A stretch of DNA of 64,000 bases. Origin: a virus (lineage: Duplodnaviria > Caudoviricetes). This document shows, one piece after another, positions 10,111-19,180 of the stretch (the first letter of the stretch is position 1; each line of letters begins with the position of its first letter). A program made the position numbers and the translations under genes. The notes below the pieces were generated by a model. The model saw only the letters and a program-made list of their open reading frames with translations. It made no database searches and was not told the DNA's origin. The stretch covers positions 18,751-82,750 of the IMG/VR virus record IMGVR_UViG_3300033072_000683. The stretch is one strand, 5' to 3'.

Positions 10111-10610
10111 ATATTCTTACAAACGAAAACCGAGCGTACAACCTTGATAAGATTCCCGACGAAGTTGAGGATATCAGATATTGTGTGCTTGATTATTCAG
10201 ATCCAAAAAATCCAGATTATTTCTTTATCCCGTTAATTTTCTTGGAGAGTTTTCACGCCCCAGCAGTAGTTTTGCGAGTAGGTGAATACACAGTACAGAT
10301 GCCGCTCGATTGGTCTATTCTTGTGTGCGATGAAGATTACAGTGACCTTGAAGTTATGCCACTTACAAGTTTGAACGATCGTGGATTTTATACTATGGCG
10401 TTCAATCCACTAAGACACATGGTACCAAGACCTCAAGAAGTTTATATCACAAATGTTTATCAAGATGTGAAATGGTTTTTCCCTAAGCTAAAGAACGGCA
10501 ACATCTTGGTAGTACCTGTAGAAGACAAGCCACATCCAAATTGTGTACTCTTCGTTAAGGAAGTGAGCAAATTGCCTGATGTAATTGATATTGGAGCACT
10601 CTTTGAGTAA
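10107..10610 (+). CDS. hypothetical protein
   Basis: 167-aa ORF in the replication operon. Confidence 0.65.
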   Translation: MNILTNENRAYNLDKIPDEVEDIRYCVLDYSDPKNPDYFFIPLIFLESFHAPAVVLRVGEYTVQMPLDWSILVCDEDYSDLEVMPLTSLNDRGFYTMAFNPLRHMVPRPQEVYITNVYQDVKWFFPKLKNGNILVVPVEDKPHPNCVLFVKEVSKLPDVIDIGALFE

Positions 10611-11157
10611 TTGGGTCGAAGACTTCTTTGCACTAAATCCTGACGCAGTTAAGGAAGAAGTTGATACAAAGAAGAAGAAAAAGGAAAGCACGCTAGGACT
10701 CGATAGAGAACTGCCTGCTATGGATTTCAGAAATCTAGAATTCTATGATAGTTTAACTCCCGAAGAAAAGAAAGAAATCAGCCTTTGGGTTCTAATGCGA
10801 TTTATGAGTTCATCTCAAGGTGATGCAATTCATCATCTGACAATGGTGAATGAGTTAGTCAACATGGACTTTAATGTTATTTCGAAGCATCCAGAATTAC
10901 AATGGAAATTACTTGCTATCTGTGGCACTAAGCGTAAGCAATATCATCCTTGGATTGCGCCACCGAAGGGCGTGAAGAAGAACAGGCTCGAAGAAGCAGT
11001 TCTTTCGCATTATCCGTTAATGAAAGATGATGAGCTAGAGCTCTTCTTGCAAGTAAATACCAAGCAAGAGTTAGAAGAATTTTTCAAAGATAACGGCTAT
11101 GACGACAAGGCAATCAAAGAATTATTTAAGAGTGGCGGTTCTAACAGGGGGGTTTGA
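10603..11157 (+). CDS. possible clamp-loader small subunit (gp62-like)
   Basis: TTG start with GGAG SD; LMRFMS…HPELQWKLL…QYHPWI pattern reminiscent of gp62. Confidence 0.5.
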   Translation: MSNWVEDFFALNPDAVKEEVDTKKKKKESTLGLDRELPAMDFRNLEFYDSLTPEEKKEISLWVLMRFMSSSQGDAIHHLTMVNELVNMDFNVISKHPELQWKLLAICGTKRKQYHPWIAPPKGVKKNRLEEAVLSHYPLMKDDELELFLQVNTKQELEEFFKDNGYDDKAIKELFKSGGSNRGV

Positions 11158-11566
11158 TCCTGTTACTCCGGGACATATAGAATATTTCAAAGATGCATCT
11201 GCAATCGCAGATGTTGTCCTTGTTTTTGCAAATTCAGATGCATGGCTTACTCGAAAAAAGGGTAAGCCATTTATGCAACAACCAGCAAGAATTGCTATTC
11301 TTGAGTCAATCAAGTATATTACAGCAGTCCTGCCTTTGACCGAGGTAGACGATGCTGATAACACATCTAATTCAGCCATCAAAATTTCTAGAATGATGTA
11401 TCCCGATGCAAGGATACTATTCATGAATGGTGGTGATAGAAATGCCGGAAATATCCCGGAAAGTGAAACAGCAGAAGCTTTTAACGTCGAGTTACTTTTT
11501 GGTGTAGGTGGAACAGATAAGAGATATTCTAGTTCCTGGTTTCTGAGAGATTGGAAAAATGCATAA
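11099..11566 (+). CDS. cytidylyltransferase-family (HIGH) nucleotidyltransferase
   Basis: GGFDPVTPGH motif, NSDAWLTRKKG, GGDR. Confidence 0.85.
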   Translation: MTTRQSKNYLRVAVLTGGFDPVTPGHIEYFKDASAIADVVLVFANSDAWLTRKKGKPFMQQPARIAILESIKYITAVLPLTEVDDADNTSNSAIKISRMMYPDARILFMNGGDRNAGNIPESETAEAFNVELLFGVGGTDKRYSSSWFLRDWKNA

Positions 11567-11903
11567 GGTAAAAAGACGTTGGGGTTCTTACGAAGTATTG
11601 GCAACGAAAGAAGGTTGTCTTATTAAGGAACTCATTATTGAACCGGGAAAGAGTATTAGCCTGCAATATCACAATTACAGGGATGAGCATTGGGTAATAC
11701 GTTCCGGGGTAGGTGCTGTACGAGTCGGTGAAAATATAATCAGAGCCGAAGCAGGATCGACGTTTTCAATCAAGGCAGGACAGATACATAAGATACTAAA
11801 TATTGGCCTAGAAGAACTTGTTTTGATAGAGGTACAACTTGGTAAAACCCTCAGCGAAGATGACATTATTAGACTCGAAGAAATCGATGAAACAAGATTA
11901 TGA
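11559..11903 (+). CDS. cupin, type II mannose-6-phosphate isomerase C-terminal-like
   Basis: RRWGSY, SLQYHNYRDEHW, LIEVQLG…EDDIIR as in the ManC cupin domain. Confidence 0.85.
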   Translation: MHKVKRRWGSYEVLATKEGCLIKELIIEPGKSISLQYHNYRDEHWVIRSGVGAVRVGENIIRAEAGSTFSIKAGQIHKILNIGLEELVLIEVQLGKTLSEDDIIRLEEIDETRL

Positions 11904-12567
11904 GTGCAAATTTTGTGGCGTAAGATTTCATAAAGAGTCAACATTAACCACGCATATGTGCGTCAAGAAAAGACGCCATGCAGATCTTAATTCGACAGGT
12001 TCTAGACTTGGGTTTAGAACCTTTCAGCGTTTTTACGAAAAAGCAACAAATTCAAAAACTCTAAAGACAACTGATGATTTCATTAACAGCACATATTACA
12101 TTGATTTTGTGAAGTTCGGAAATCACCTTGCACTTCTGAAACCAGTTCATACTGAAAAGTATATTGACTTTGTTATCATGAATGGTGTAAAGTTAAAGGA
12201 CTGGACAAAAGATTTTGTATATGAAACTTACATTGAGGACCTGGTAATGAAGGAGCCCGCTGTAAGTGCTACCGAAAGAACAATTGAAGAAATTATTGCT
12301 TGGTGCAGTGAAAACAAAGTCGAGTTTAAGGATTTCTTCGGCAAGGTAAATCCAAACGAAGCGGCATATCTTATTAAGACTGGAAAAATTAGTCCTTGGG
12401 TGTTATATCTTTCCAGCACCGGCGATGATCTAATGACACGGTTTAACGGAGATCACGCCAAAATGATTGGTACGATCATTGATCCGGGAAACTGGATGAG
12501 AAAATTTAAGAAACAAGAAGATGATGTTTCTTACATTAAAGAAATACTTGAGCAGGCCGGATTATGA
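11887..12567 (+). CDS. hypothetical protein with N-terminal Zn-finger (CxxC-x12-HxC)
   Basis: CKFCGVRFHKESTLTTHMC. Confidence 0.7.
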   Translation: MKQDYECKFCGVRFHKESTLTTHMCVKKRRHADLNSTGSRLGFRTFQRFYEKATNSKTLKTTDDFINSTYYIDFVKFGNHLALLKPVHTEKYIDFVIMNGVKLKDWTKDFVYETYIEDLVMKEPAVSATERTIEEIIAWCSENKVEFKDFFGKVNPNEAAYLIKTGKISPWVLYLSSTGDDLMTRFNGDHAKMIGTIIDPGNWMRKFKKQEDDVSYIKEILEQAGL

Positions 12568-12755
12568 TAGTAGTAGATCTGCTAGAATGGAATCTAAATG
12601 TTCCTATGTATTCGAAATGGTGCAATGAGAACAAAGTCCCTGTACTTCGAGTTTCGATGACAAAGTACAGAATGAAAGAATCTGATTATGTATTCTTTAA
12701 GATGAAATTTACTAAATCGGATTACAGTAAATTTAGAGTTTCATGCGATGAATGA
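12564..12755 (+). CDS. small hypothetical protein
   Basis: 63-aa ORF with ExDxxFF motif. Confidence 0.55.
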   Translation: MIVVDLLEWNLNVPMYSKWCNENKVPVLRVSMTKYRMKESDYVFFKMKFTKSDYSKFRVSCDE

Positions 12756-13054
12756 AAGACATATGTGTAAAACTTCTCAGTAAACATCCGTCGTGGAGTC
12801 CTAAGTACGACGAACAGATACAAGAATACAAATTGTGGATGAAGGAGCATCTTCCGGATGGTTCGTATTACATTCCGAGGAGAAAAGAACCTATAGTCTT
12901 TTTCCTAGAAGAACAAGATCTTATGTTGTTCACCATGTATTTTAGTAGAAGTTCATATCAACGCATAGGCAATGCCATAGACATGTCACGTGTTGAAAAA
13001 ATGTTAATAAGAGAAGTTCTTCTAGAAAGACAAAATGAAAAAAGTAACAACTGA
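12752..13054 (+). CDS. small hypothetical protein
   Basis: 100-aa ORF with EEQDLMLF motif. Confidence 0.55.
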   Translation: MKDICVKLLSKHPSWSPKYDEQIQEYKLWMKEHLPDGSYYIPRRKEPIVFFLEEQDLMLFTMYFSRSSYQRIGNAIDMSRVEKMLIREVLLERQNEKSNN

Positions 13055-13625
13055 TGTCGATATTGACTGCTTTGGTAGAGATAACATTCTGTCCGGAATG
13101 GAATCCATCTTTGGCAGAATTGATCGACCAGATGGAAGAGTGGAGAAGCATCCAACTGGGGTTTACTTCCAAAATATTCCTCGCGACCCTGTTACTAACA
13201 TGTCCACTCTTGATCACCGTATTGCTAATGATTATGGATACTTCAAGATAGACTTTCTGAATGTCAACATGTATGAAAAAATTCGTGACGAAAATCATTT
13301 GTTGGCATTATTGAATACTGAACCGCCCTGGGATTTCTTCCAGTACGAGGAAGTAACAGAACAGTTATTTCACCTCAAAGGGCATTCCGATTTACTGAAA
13401 AGATATAAGCCGCAGTCTGTAGAAGACTTGGCTATGATTCTTGCTATTGTTCGTCCTGCAAAGGCATACCTGCAAAGGCATGATTGGGACAGAATTAGGA
13501 AAGAGGTCTGGGTAAAGGAGGTAGGTGAGGAAGCCTATCAGTTTAAAAGATCTCACGCAATCAGCTATGCACTAGCTATCATTGTGAATCTTAATTTACT
13601 GATAGAAGAATTAGCTAAGGATTAA
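13035..13625 (+). CDS. miniature family C (DnaE-like) polymerase catalytic domain
   Basis: DVDID, KHPTG, KIDFL, RPA and FKRSHAISY match the ordered DnaE motifs in only 196 aa. Confidence 0.8.
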   Translation: MKKVTTDVDIDCFGRDNILSGMESIFGRIDRPDGRVEKHPTGVYFQNIPRDPVTNMSTLDHRIANDYGYFKIDFLNVNMYEKIRDENHLLALLNTEPPWDFFQYEEVTEQLFHLKGHSDLLKRYKPQSVEDLAMILAIVRPAKAYLQRHDWDRIRKEVWVKEVGEEAYQFKRSHAISYALAIIVNLNLLIEELAKD

Positions 13626-13993
13626 TCCTGCTTTCTTACCAACTGAATCTGGCGCTTTTTGATTCTCTTCTTCATTATGTTGTTCAGGCTTGTCACTGAA
13701 CCAAACATAATCTCGACGTCCTTATTAACGATGGTTTTTAGGCAATAGCGAAATGGAATCATTTGGCCTTGCATAAAAATGTTAATAGGTAGAAGTCTAT
13801 TACTTTCCCACCACCAGGTTTCCCCGTGTTCAAGGAAAAGCATTTTTTCATCCTGTGAACGGATGGAATCGTAATCGTAGAAGCTTATGATTCTGTCATC
13901 AGAATTCTGGATTATCCCGATATACTCGTGATTTTGAAACCGAATTCCGGTCAGAAAGGGGAATTTTTCGTTAATGTCGTCTAGATTAAACAT
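13622..13993 (-). CDS. hypothetical protein
   Basis: 123-aa minus-strand ORF with its own TATAAATA promoter. Confidence 0.7.
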   Translation of the reverse strand: MFNLDDINEKFPFLTGIRFQNHEYIGIIQNSDDRIISFYDYDSIRSQDEKMLFLEHGETWWWESNRLLPINIFMQGQMIPFRYCLKTIVNKDVEIMFGSVTSLNNIMKKRIKKRQIQLVRKQD

Positions 13994-14000
13994 ACCGTGT

Positions 14001-14008
14001 TATTTATA
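14001..14008 (-). promoter_or_regulatory. late promoter TATAAATA (minus strand)
   Basis: Exact T4 late consensus upstream of the 13993 start; divergent partner at 14049. Confidence 0.7.
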
Positions 14009-14048
14009 CTCTTTCGCCGTGGCTGGAACTTTTTTTGGTGCTTTGGGT

Positions 14049-14056
14049 GATAAATA
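14049..14056 (+). promoter_or_regulatory. late promoter GATAAATA
   Basis: Motif upstream of ATG 14075. Confidence 0.7.
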
Positions 14057-14074
14057 CAAGAAAGGCAGGTTAAA

Positions 14075-14944
14075 ATGGACGTAACTTTTCACAAATTGTA
14101 TCTTTATGACCACGTAAGGGAACTACTTCTGGTAGGTGATACATTCTGCCCATGTAAGGATAATGGACCTATGCACAAAAATCCGATAAAGGCACATAAG
14201 GGCGTTGATAACAAGATTATTTTCAGGGCCCTTCAACCAGATAGATCGCCAGCCACTGTTGATTGCGATCAACAAATTTATGCACGAATTGTCGATCCTA
14301 AAAATAGAAAGATTGTCCTAGAAAAACTTTGCCGCCTAGGCCCTGCAAAAGGGTTGATTACGTTGATTCTTGACGAGGGCGACATTGTTGATGTTCATGC
14401 CGGTCTTTACGAAATGGTTCTAATTAGAACAGAAAATTTCGTAGCAGGTGTAAATGATTATATTGTACAGAAGCCATTGTACTCGGACATGTACGATAAT
14501 ATTTCAATGGAAATTGAAATAACTGAGCAAGCATTCAAAGCTCCTTTGCAGCCTTTTGTTTTGAATCCCGAAGACTGGACATCAGACATTCTTATCCCTA
14601 CTTTTGGTCCACCTACACCTTGCTTCTATTCGCCTCGAATTCCCGGTGCAAGAGTACAGAACCATAAGGAATCGGTGCATACCTTCTCGACCTACACTCA
14701 AAACTTTACGGGTGTTCTCGAGATTTGGGGTTCTCTCGAAGAGACTCCGGATCCATATCTTAACCATGCAAGATGGTTCAAGATTTTTCCATCTACAATG
14801 TCTACAGATATTCAATTCTTTGCCTATACAGGTACACAGGCATGGACATTCTCTGCAGACTTCATGTGGTTGAAATTTAGATATTTCCCATCGACCGAAG
14901 TCCTTGATCCGGGCATTATGAAGAAGTTAATTGTTCGAACATAA
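14075..14944 (+). CDS. hypothetical beta-rich virion protein
   Basis: 289-aa ORF, late promoter. Confidence 0.6.
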   Translation: MDVTFHKLYLYDHVRELLLVGDTFCPCKDNGPMHKNPIKAHKGVDNKIIFRALQPDRSPATVDCDQQIYARIVDPKNRKIVLEKLCRLGPAKGLITLILDEGDIVDVHAGLYEMVLIRTENFVAGVNDYIVQKPLYSDMYDNISMEIEITEQAFKAPLQPFVLNPEDWTSDILIPTFGPPTPCFYSPRIPGARVQNHKESVHTFSTYTQNFTGVLEIWGSLEETPDPYLNHARWFKIFPSTMSTDIQFFAYTGTQAWTFSADFMWLKFRYFPSTEVLDPGIMKKLIVRT

Positions 14945-14945
14945 T

Positions 14946-14974
14946 TTGATTTTCGCTAGAGAATCTGTTATTAT
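14946..14974 (+). promoter_or_regulatory. sigma70-type promoter TTGATT-N17-TATTAT with TG extension
   Basis: Upstream of primase. Confidence 0.6.
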
Positions 14975-14980
14975 TGTTCA

Positions 14981-16045
14981 ATGATCATAGATGCCCTTAA
15001 AGATGCCATTCTTGCAAATATAGGAACGCTGAAGCAAGCCCCCAAAGGCTGGCATAAGCGCCATTGCATGCTGTGTCACACACAAGGACATGGCAGAGAT
15101 ACAAGAAATCGTTTTGGCATTCAATTTAATCCTAACTCTATTGCAGTGAATTGCTTTAACTGCGGATTTTCTGCTGGTTACACTGAAGGCAAAGAGTTGT
15201 CGAATGGCTTTAAGTTTTTCCTAAAACAAATCAATATTGATGATAAATTTATCAAGCAAATTGAATTTGAAATCTTCAAGCATACGAAAGACATTAAGGT
15301 AGTAAGGGAAGGTGACGAAGAGACCGCAGCAGATAGAGAGGCAAAATTAAAATCTCTCTTTCAGAAATGGAAACCAATAGATCTTCCAGAGGATTCGTTA
15401 CCTGTAACACAATGGCTTGAATATGGACTCGATGATCCCGATTTTATGCGTGTGGTTGAGTATGCTCTCAGCAGAAAATTGTACGATCTTGAAAATTTCT
15501 ATTGGTCGCCTTCAAAGCTATTCCAGGTAAATCAGCGTTTGATTATTCCGTATTTTTACCGTGGTAAAATTGTCGGATTTACCGCAAGATTGTCATACGA
15601 CACAGATGGCAAGAGCATACCAAAATACTATCAGCAATGCCCGACAGATTTTGTCTATAACCTAGACAATCAACAAGATTGGTCGCGTAAATACGTTATC
15701 GTCACAGAAGGTGTCCTTGATGGATACACTGTTGATGGTGTAAGTACGCTGGGCGAAATAGGTCAAGCGAAAGTAGATATTATCAACAGGTTACAAAAAC
15801 AGGTTATAGTTTGCCCTGACAGAGACAAGAAGGGGTGGGACCTTGTTGAGGTAGCAATAGAAAACAATTGGGCTGTATCTTTTCCTAGGTGGGATTCGAA
15901 CATCAAAGATGCGGCCAAGGCGGCCGAAAAGTACGGACGTCTTTTAACCACGTATTCCATTATCTCTTCAGCTGTTCATGGAAGAGACAAGATAACGTTA
16001 AAATGGAAAATGGAGCAGAATGAGCGATCAAGAAAACGCCAGTGA
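14981..16045 (+). CDS. DNA primase (gp61-like)
   Basis: Zn ribbon CMLC…CFNC, TOPRIM VTEGVLD and CPDRD. Confidence 0.88.
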   Translation: MIIDALKDAILANIGTLKQAPKGWHKRHCMLCHTQGHGRDTRNRFGIQFNPNSIAVNCFNCGFSAGYTEGKELSNGFKFFLKQINIDDKFIKQIEFEIFKHTKDIKVVREGDEETAADREAKLKSLFQKWKPIDLPEDSLPVTQWLEYGLDDPDFMRVVEYALSRKLYDLENFYWSPSKLFQVNQRLIIPYFYRGKIVGFTARLSYDTDGKSIPKYYQQCPTDFVYNLDNQQDWSRKYVIVTEGVLDGYTVDGVSTLGEIGQAKVDIINRLQKQVIVCPDRDKKGWDLVEVAIENNWAVSFPRWDSNIKDAAKAAEKYGRLLTTYSIISSAVHGRDKITLKWKMEQNERSRKRQ

Positions 16046-17465
16046 AATTAGCGATTACACAAAGGATATCGAAGACTTGTTTATCAATTTTATGGTAAGC
16101 AAGCCGGATCTCTTTGTCCGCTGCAAGGGTATTCTGAAGTCGGGTTATTTTGACGATAAGCAAAATAAGGATACTATTGCTTTCGTCGAAAATTATAGCA
16201 CTGATTTTACAAATATTCCGTCATTAGAACAGATCAAGGCAGTGACAGGTAAAGATATTTTCCTGATGCCGCTCGAGGCTGAAAAACATGATCAATGGTT
16301 TCTGAGAGAATTTGAAAGATTTTGCCGCCATAAGGCATTGAGAGATGCAATTCTGGCATCTCCTGATTTGTTAGATAAGGGTCGATATGGCGAAGTTGAA
16401 GCGACTATTAAGGCGGCGGTACAGATCGCCTTGGTTAAAGACCTTGGGACGGACTATTATGCAAATCCCAAGGAGCGTCTTGAAGCAATCCGCCAGGGCA
16501 AAGGTCAGGTATCGACGGGCTGGAAAACAGTAGATGAAAAACTCTACGGTGGTCTGAACAGAGGAGAAATTACAATCTTCGCTGGACAGTCGGGTGCAGG
16601 TAAATCTTTGTTCTTGCAGAATATGGCTGTAAGCTGGGCACAGGCTGGATTGAATGTAGTTTATCTATCCCTAGAACTTAGCGAAAAGCTCTGTGCTATG
16701 CGTATCGACGCAATGCACACTGGCTATGAGACCCGAGAGGTTATGAAGAACATCGACGATGTTCACATGAAGATTAGGGCGTCTCAGCAGAAAACACAAG
16801 GCATGCTTCGTATCAAGCAATTGCCAAACGGATGTACTGCCAACGATATTAGAGCGTACATTAAAGAATACGAAATTCATATTGGACGAAAAGTTGACGC
16901 TATTCTTGTTGACTATTTGGACTTGATGTTTCCTATGTCCAAGAAGATTTCAGCGGAAAACCTGTTCGTTAAGGACAAATATGTAACTGAAGAATTGCGT
17001 AACCTAGCAGTTGAACTTGATATTCTTTGCGTATCTGCTTCACAGCTGAATCGTGGTTCTTATGAAGAAATTGAATTTGACCCAAGTCACATTGCGGGCG
17101 GTATTTCCAAGGTAAACACTGCGGATAACGTTATTGGTATTTTCACAAGTGCTGCGATGAAGGAAGGTGGTAGATACCAGATTCAGTTCATGAAGACACG
17201 TTCTAGCTCTGGTGTTGGTTCTAAGGTCGATCTAGCATTTAACAATAAGAGTTTACGTATTTCCGATCTTGATGAAAATGATGATAATGCAATTACCGCT
17301 GCAAGCAAGAATATCTATGATACTCTTAAGAAGAAAAGTGTTGTAAAGTCTGGAGAAAAACTCGATCCGCAAACAGGCGAGATTACCTCTATGACACAAC
17401 AGGTGGCAAAAGTTGACCCACTTGAAGGTGCTGCCTCGCTAAGAGCCTTTCTTAAGAAAAGATAG
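16020..17465 (+). CDS. replicative DnaB-family helicase (gp41-like)
   Basis: GQSGAGKS, SLELSE, VDYLDL, SQLNR, MKTRSS. Confidence 0.92.
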   Translation: MSDQENASEISDYTKDIEDLFINFMVSKPDLFVRCKGILKSGYFDDKQNKDTIAFVENYSTDFTNIPSLEQIKAVTGKDIFLMPLEAEKHDQWFLREFERFCRHKALRDAILASPDLLDKGRYGEVEATIKAAVQIALVKDLGTDYYANPKERLEAIRQGKGQVSTGWKTVDEKLYGGLNRGEITIFAGQSGAGKSLFLQNMAVSWAQAGLNVVYLSLELSEKLCAMRIDAMHTGYETREVMKNIDDVHMKIRASQQKTQGMLRIKQLPNGCTANDIRAYIKEYEIHIGRKVDAILVDYLDLMFPMSKKISAENLFVKDKYVTEELRNLAVELDILCVSASQLNRGSYEEIEFDPSHIAGGISKVNTADNVIGIFTSAAMKEGGRYQIQFMKTRSSSGVGSKVDLAFNNKSLRISDLDENDDNAITAASKNIYDTLKKKSVVKSGEKLDPQTGEITSMTQQVAKVDPLEGAASLRAFLKKR

Positions 17466-17472
17466 ATAAATA
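17465..17472 (+). promoter_or_regulatory. late promoter GATAAATA
   Basis: Motif upstream of TTG 17497. Confidence 0.65.
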
Positions 17473-17496
17473 TGTAAAAGACTTGGAGACGAGAAA

Positions 17497-17778
17497 TTGA
17501 CCATTAGTCGTAGAAGTAGATCTATTCTAGAGGAAATTAGTTCCTATGTTCCTCAGAAAAGCAAGGAAGATCTGATTGAGGCAAGAGCGCAGCACATTAT
17601 AGTTTCGGCTATCAATTTGCTCGAGTCCATTGACGAAACATTTACTCCTGAAGAAGCTGATGCTCTGAAGAAACGCTTCGTCTCCAGCATTCGCGGTGCT
17701 GACCCAAATCGTTTTACTAGAATGGTAAAACGTATTAAGTTGGGCGAAAGTTCGGAAGACGACAGCGATGGACAGTAA
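17497..17778 (+). CDS. hypothetical protein
   Basis: 93-aa ORF, TTG start with GGAG SD. Confidence 0.65.
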   Translation: MTISRRSRSILEEISSYVPQKSKEDLIEARAQHIIVSAINLLESIDETFTPEEADALKKRFVSSIRGADPNRFTRMVKRIKLGESSEDDSDGQ

Positions 17779-19180
17779 ACAATTAATAAGACTCTGGATT
17801 CAGTACCTAAAGAGCCTGAAGATAGTAGAACTAAATTCAGGACCTGACGGTAAGCTTACCTACAACCGTCCAGTTACATTACAAGATATTGTTACCTTCC
17901 TTGAGGTAAAGACTGAATATACACTCGACGAAATTGGCGATGCTGTACGTTCGGTAATGATGAAAAGTCCTACATATGATGTTCCGCAGAATCCAGAACT
18001 AGGGCACGATAAGGATATTCCGCAAGGACAGGTAGCATTGCCCGGACAGGAAGTACCAAAGTTGCCAGGAAAGAAACCCGGCGGCGAACTCTCTACCTGG
18101 ATGCACAATGACATGACACCGGGCAATCCAGAAAAGCCTAAGACACCCGGAACCGGTGTAGCAGTTAGACAGCAAGGAGGAGTGGGCCCGGCAAGACAAC
18201 AGCGACCAGCAAATAATCAAGATGATAATGTTATTGATGCTGAGCCAGTAAACACCAAGGTAGGGCATGATCCTAATAGTGTCTCTGATGTTGAATACAG
18301 AGATGTTCCGCCGAAGGAAAAGAAAAAGGCCTGGTGGAAAAGAATGTTCAAGGAGGACATTACAGATAAACAGGGTCCTGGCATAGATGAAAAAGATGTT
18401 GAACAAATTTTCAATACTCTAACATCAAGTCCACCCGGAAGTTCGGCAAAGGACCAGGGAGCATCCGGAAAAGGTCAGAGAGCAACCCAATCGGCAAAAA
18501 CACCGAAAGGTAAAAATCCTGCACCGGCAGCATCTCCGGAAGAGCAACAGGCCAAGAAAGAGGAAGACTTGCGTAAGCTGAAGAGGCTTATTCGTGATGT
18601 CATGACTGATCCACAGCGTAAATCCCTCTGGAGAATGCTCAAAGATGAACCACTCACTGAAAGCGAAATTAATAAGGCTGATATTAAGGCCATTTTGCAG
18701 ACAGCCAGTGATACGAGAAATAAACCATCCGGTCTTGGCAGAGTATTTAAGGGACTAAGAAAGGATAAGATCGACGTTAACGATCTTCAACAAGCTTGGA
18801 AAGAAGCCGGATTTCCGGATGACACTCGTGACATTAAAAAGTTACTATTAGGCCACGGGTTCAGCGAGGACGATATTAAGAAAGTCTTCTCCCAGGTTTT
18901 TGGCACATATAAAAGGGGTAAGGAAGAAGAGCCTGATATCCCTCAACAAAGTGCAACAATGAATAAGATTGTGCAGTATGCAAAGAGCAACAATCTTGTT
19001 CCTGATTTAATTGCTTTCCTTGAAGATGAATACGGATTTAAAGAATCCGTACAGAGCGATAAGATGATGATTGAAGACATCAGACAATTGTTCACAGCCA
19101 TAGTCAAGGAAGAACGTTCTGGCAGAGCTGAACTCATTAAGAAATATGATAGAGATCAACTCGGCAGAACAAAGAAATGA
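17768..19180 (+). CDS. hypothetical head-associated protein
   Basis: 470 aa, low-complexity linkers, FKED/LTES/FKES sites. Confidence 0.6.
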   Translation: MDSKQLIRLWIQYLKSLKIVELNSGPDGKLTYNRPVTLQDIVTFLEVKTEYTLDEIGDAVRSVMMKSPTYDVPQNPELGHDKDIPQGQVALPGQEVPKLPGKKPGGELSTWMHNDMTPGNPEKPKTPGTGVAVRQQGGVGPARQQRPANNQDDNVIDAEPVNTKVGHDPNSVSDVEYRDVPPKEKKKAWWKRMFKEDITDKQGPGIDEKDVEQIFNTLTSSPPGSSAKDQGASGKGQRATQSAKTPKGKNPAPAASPEEQQAKKEEDLRKLKRLIRDVMTDPQRKSLWRMLKDEPLTESEINKADIKAILQTASDTRNKPSGLGRVFKGLRKDKIDVNDLQQAWKEAGFPDDTRDIKKLLLGHGFSEDDIKKVFSQVFGTYKRGKEEEPDIPQQSATMNKIVQYAKSNNLVPDLIAFLEDEYGFKESVQSDKMMIEDIRQLFTAIVKEERSGRAELIKKYDRDQLGRTKK

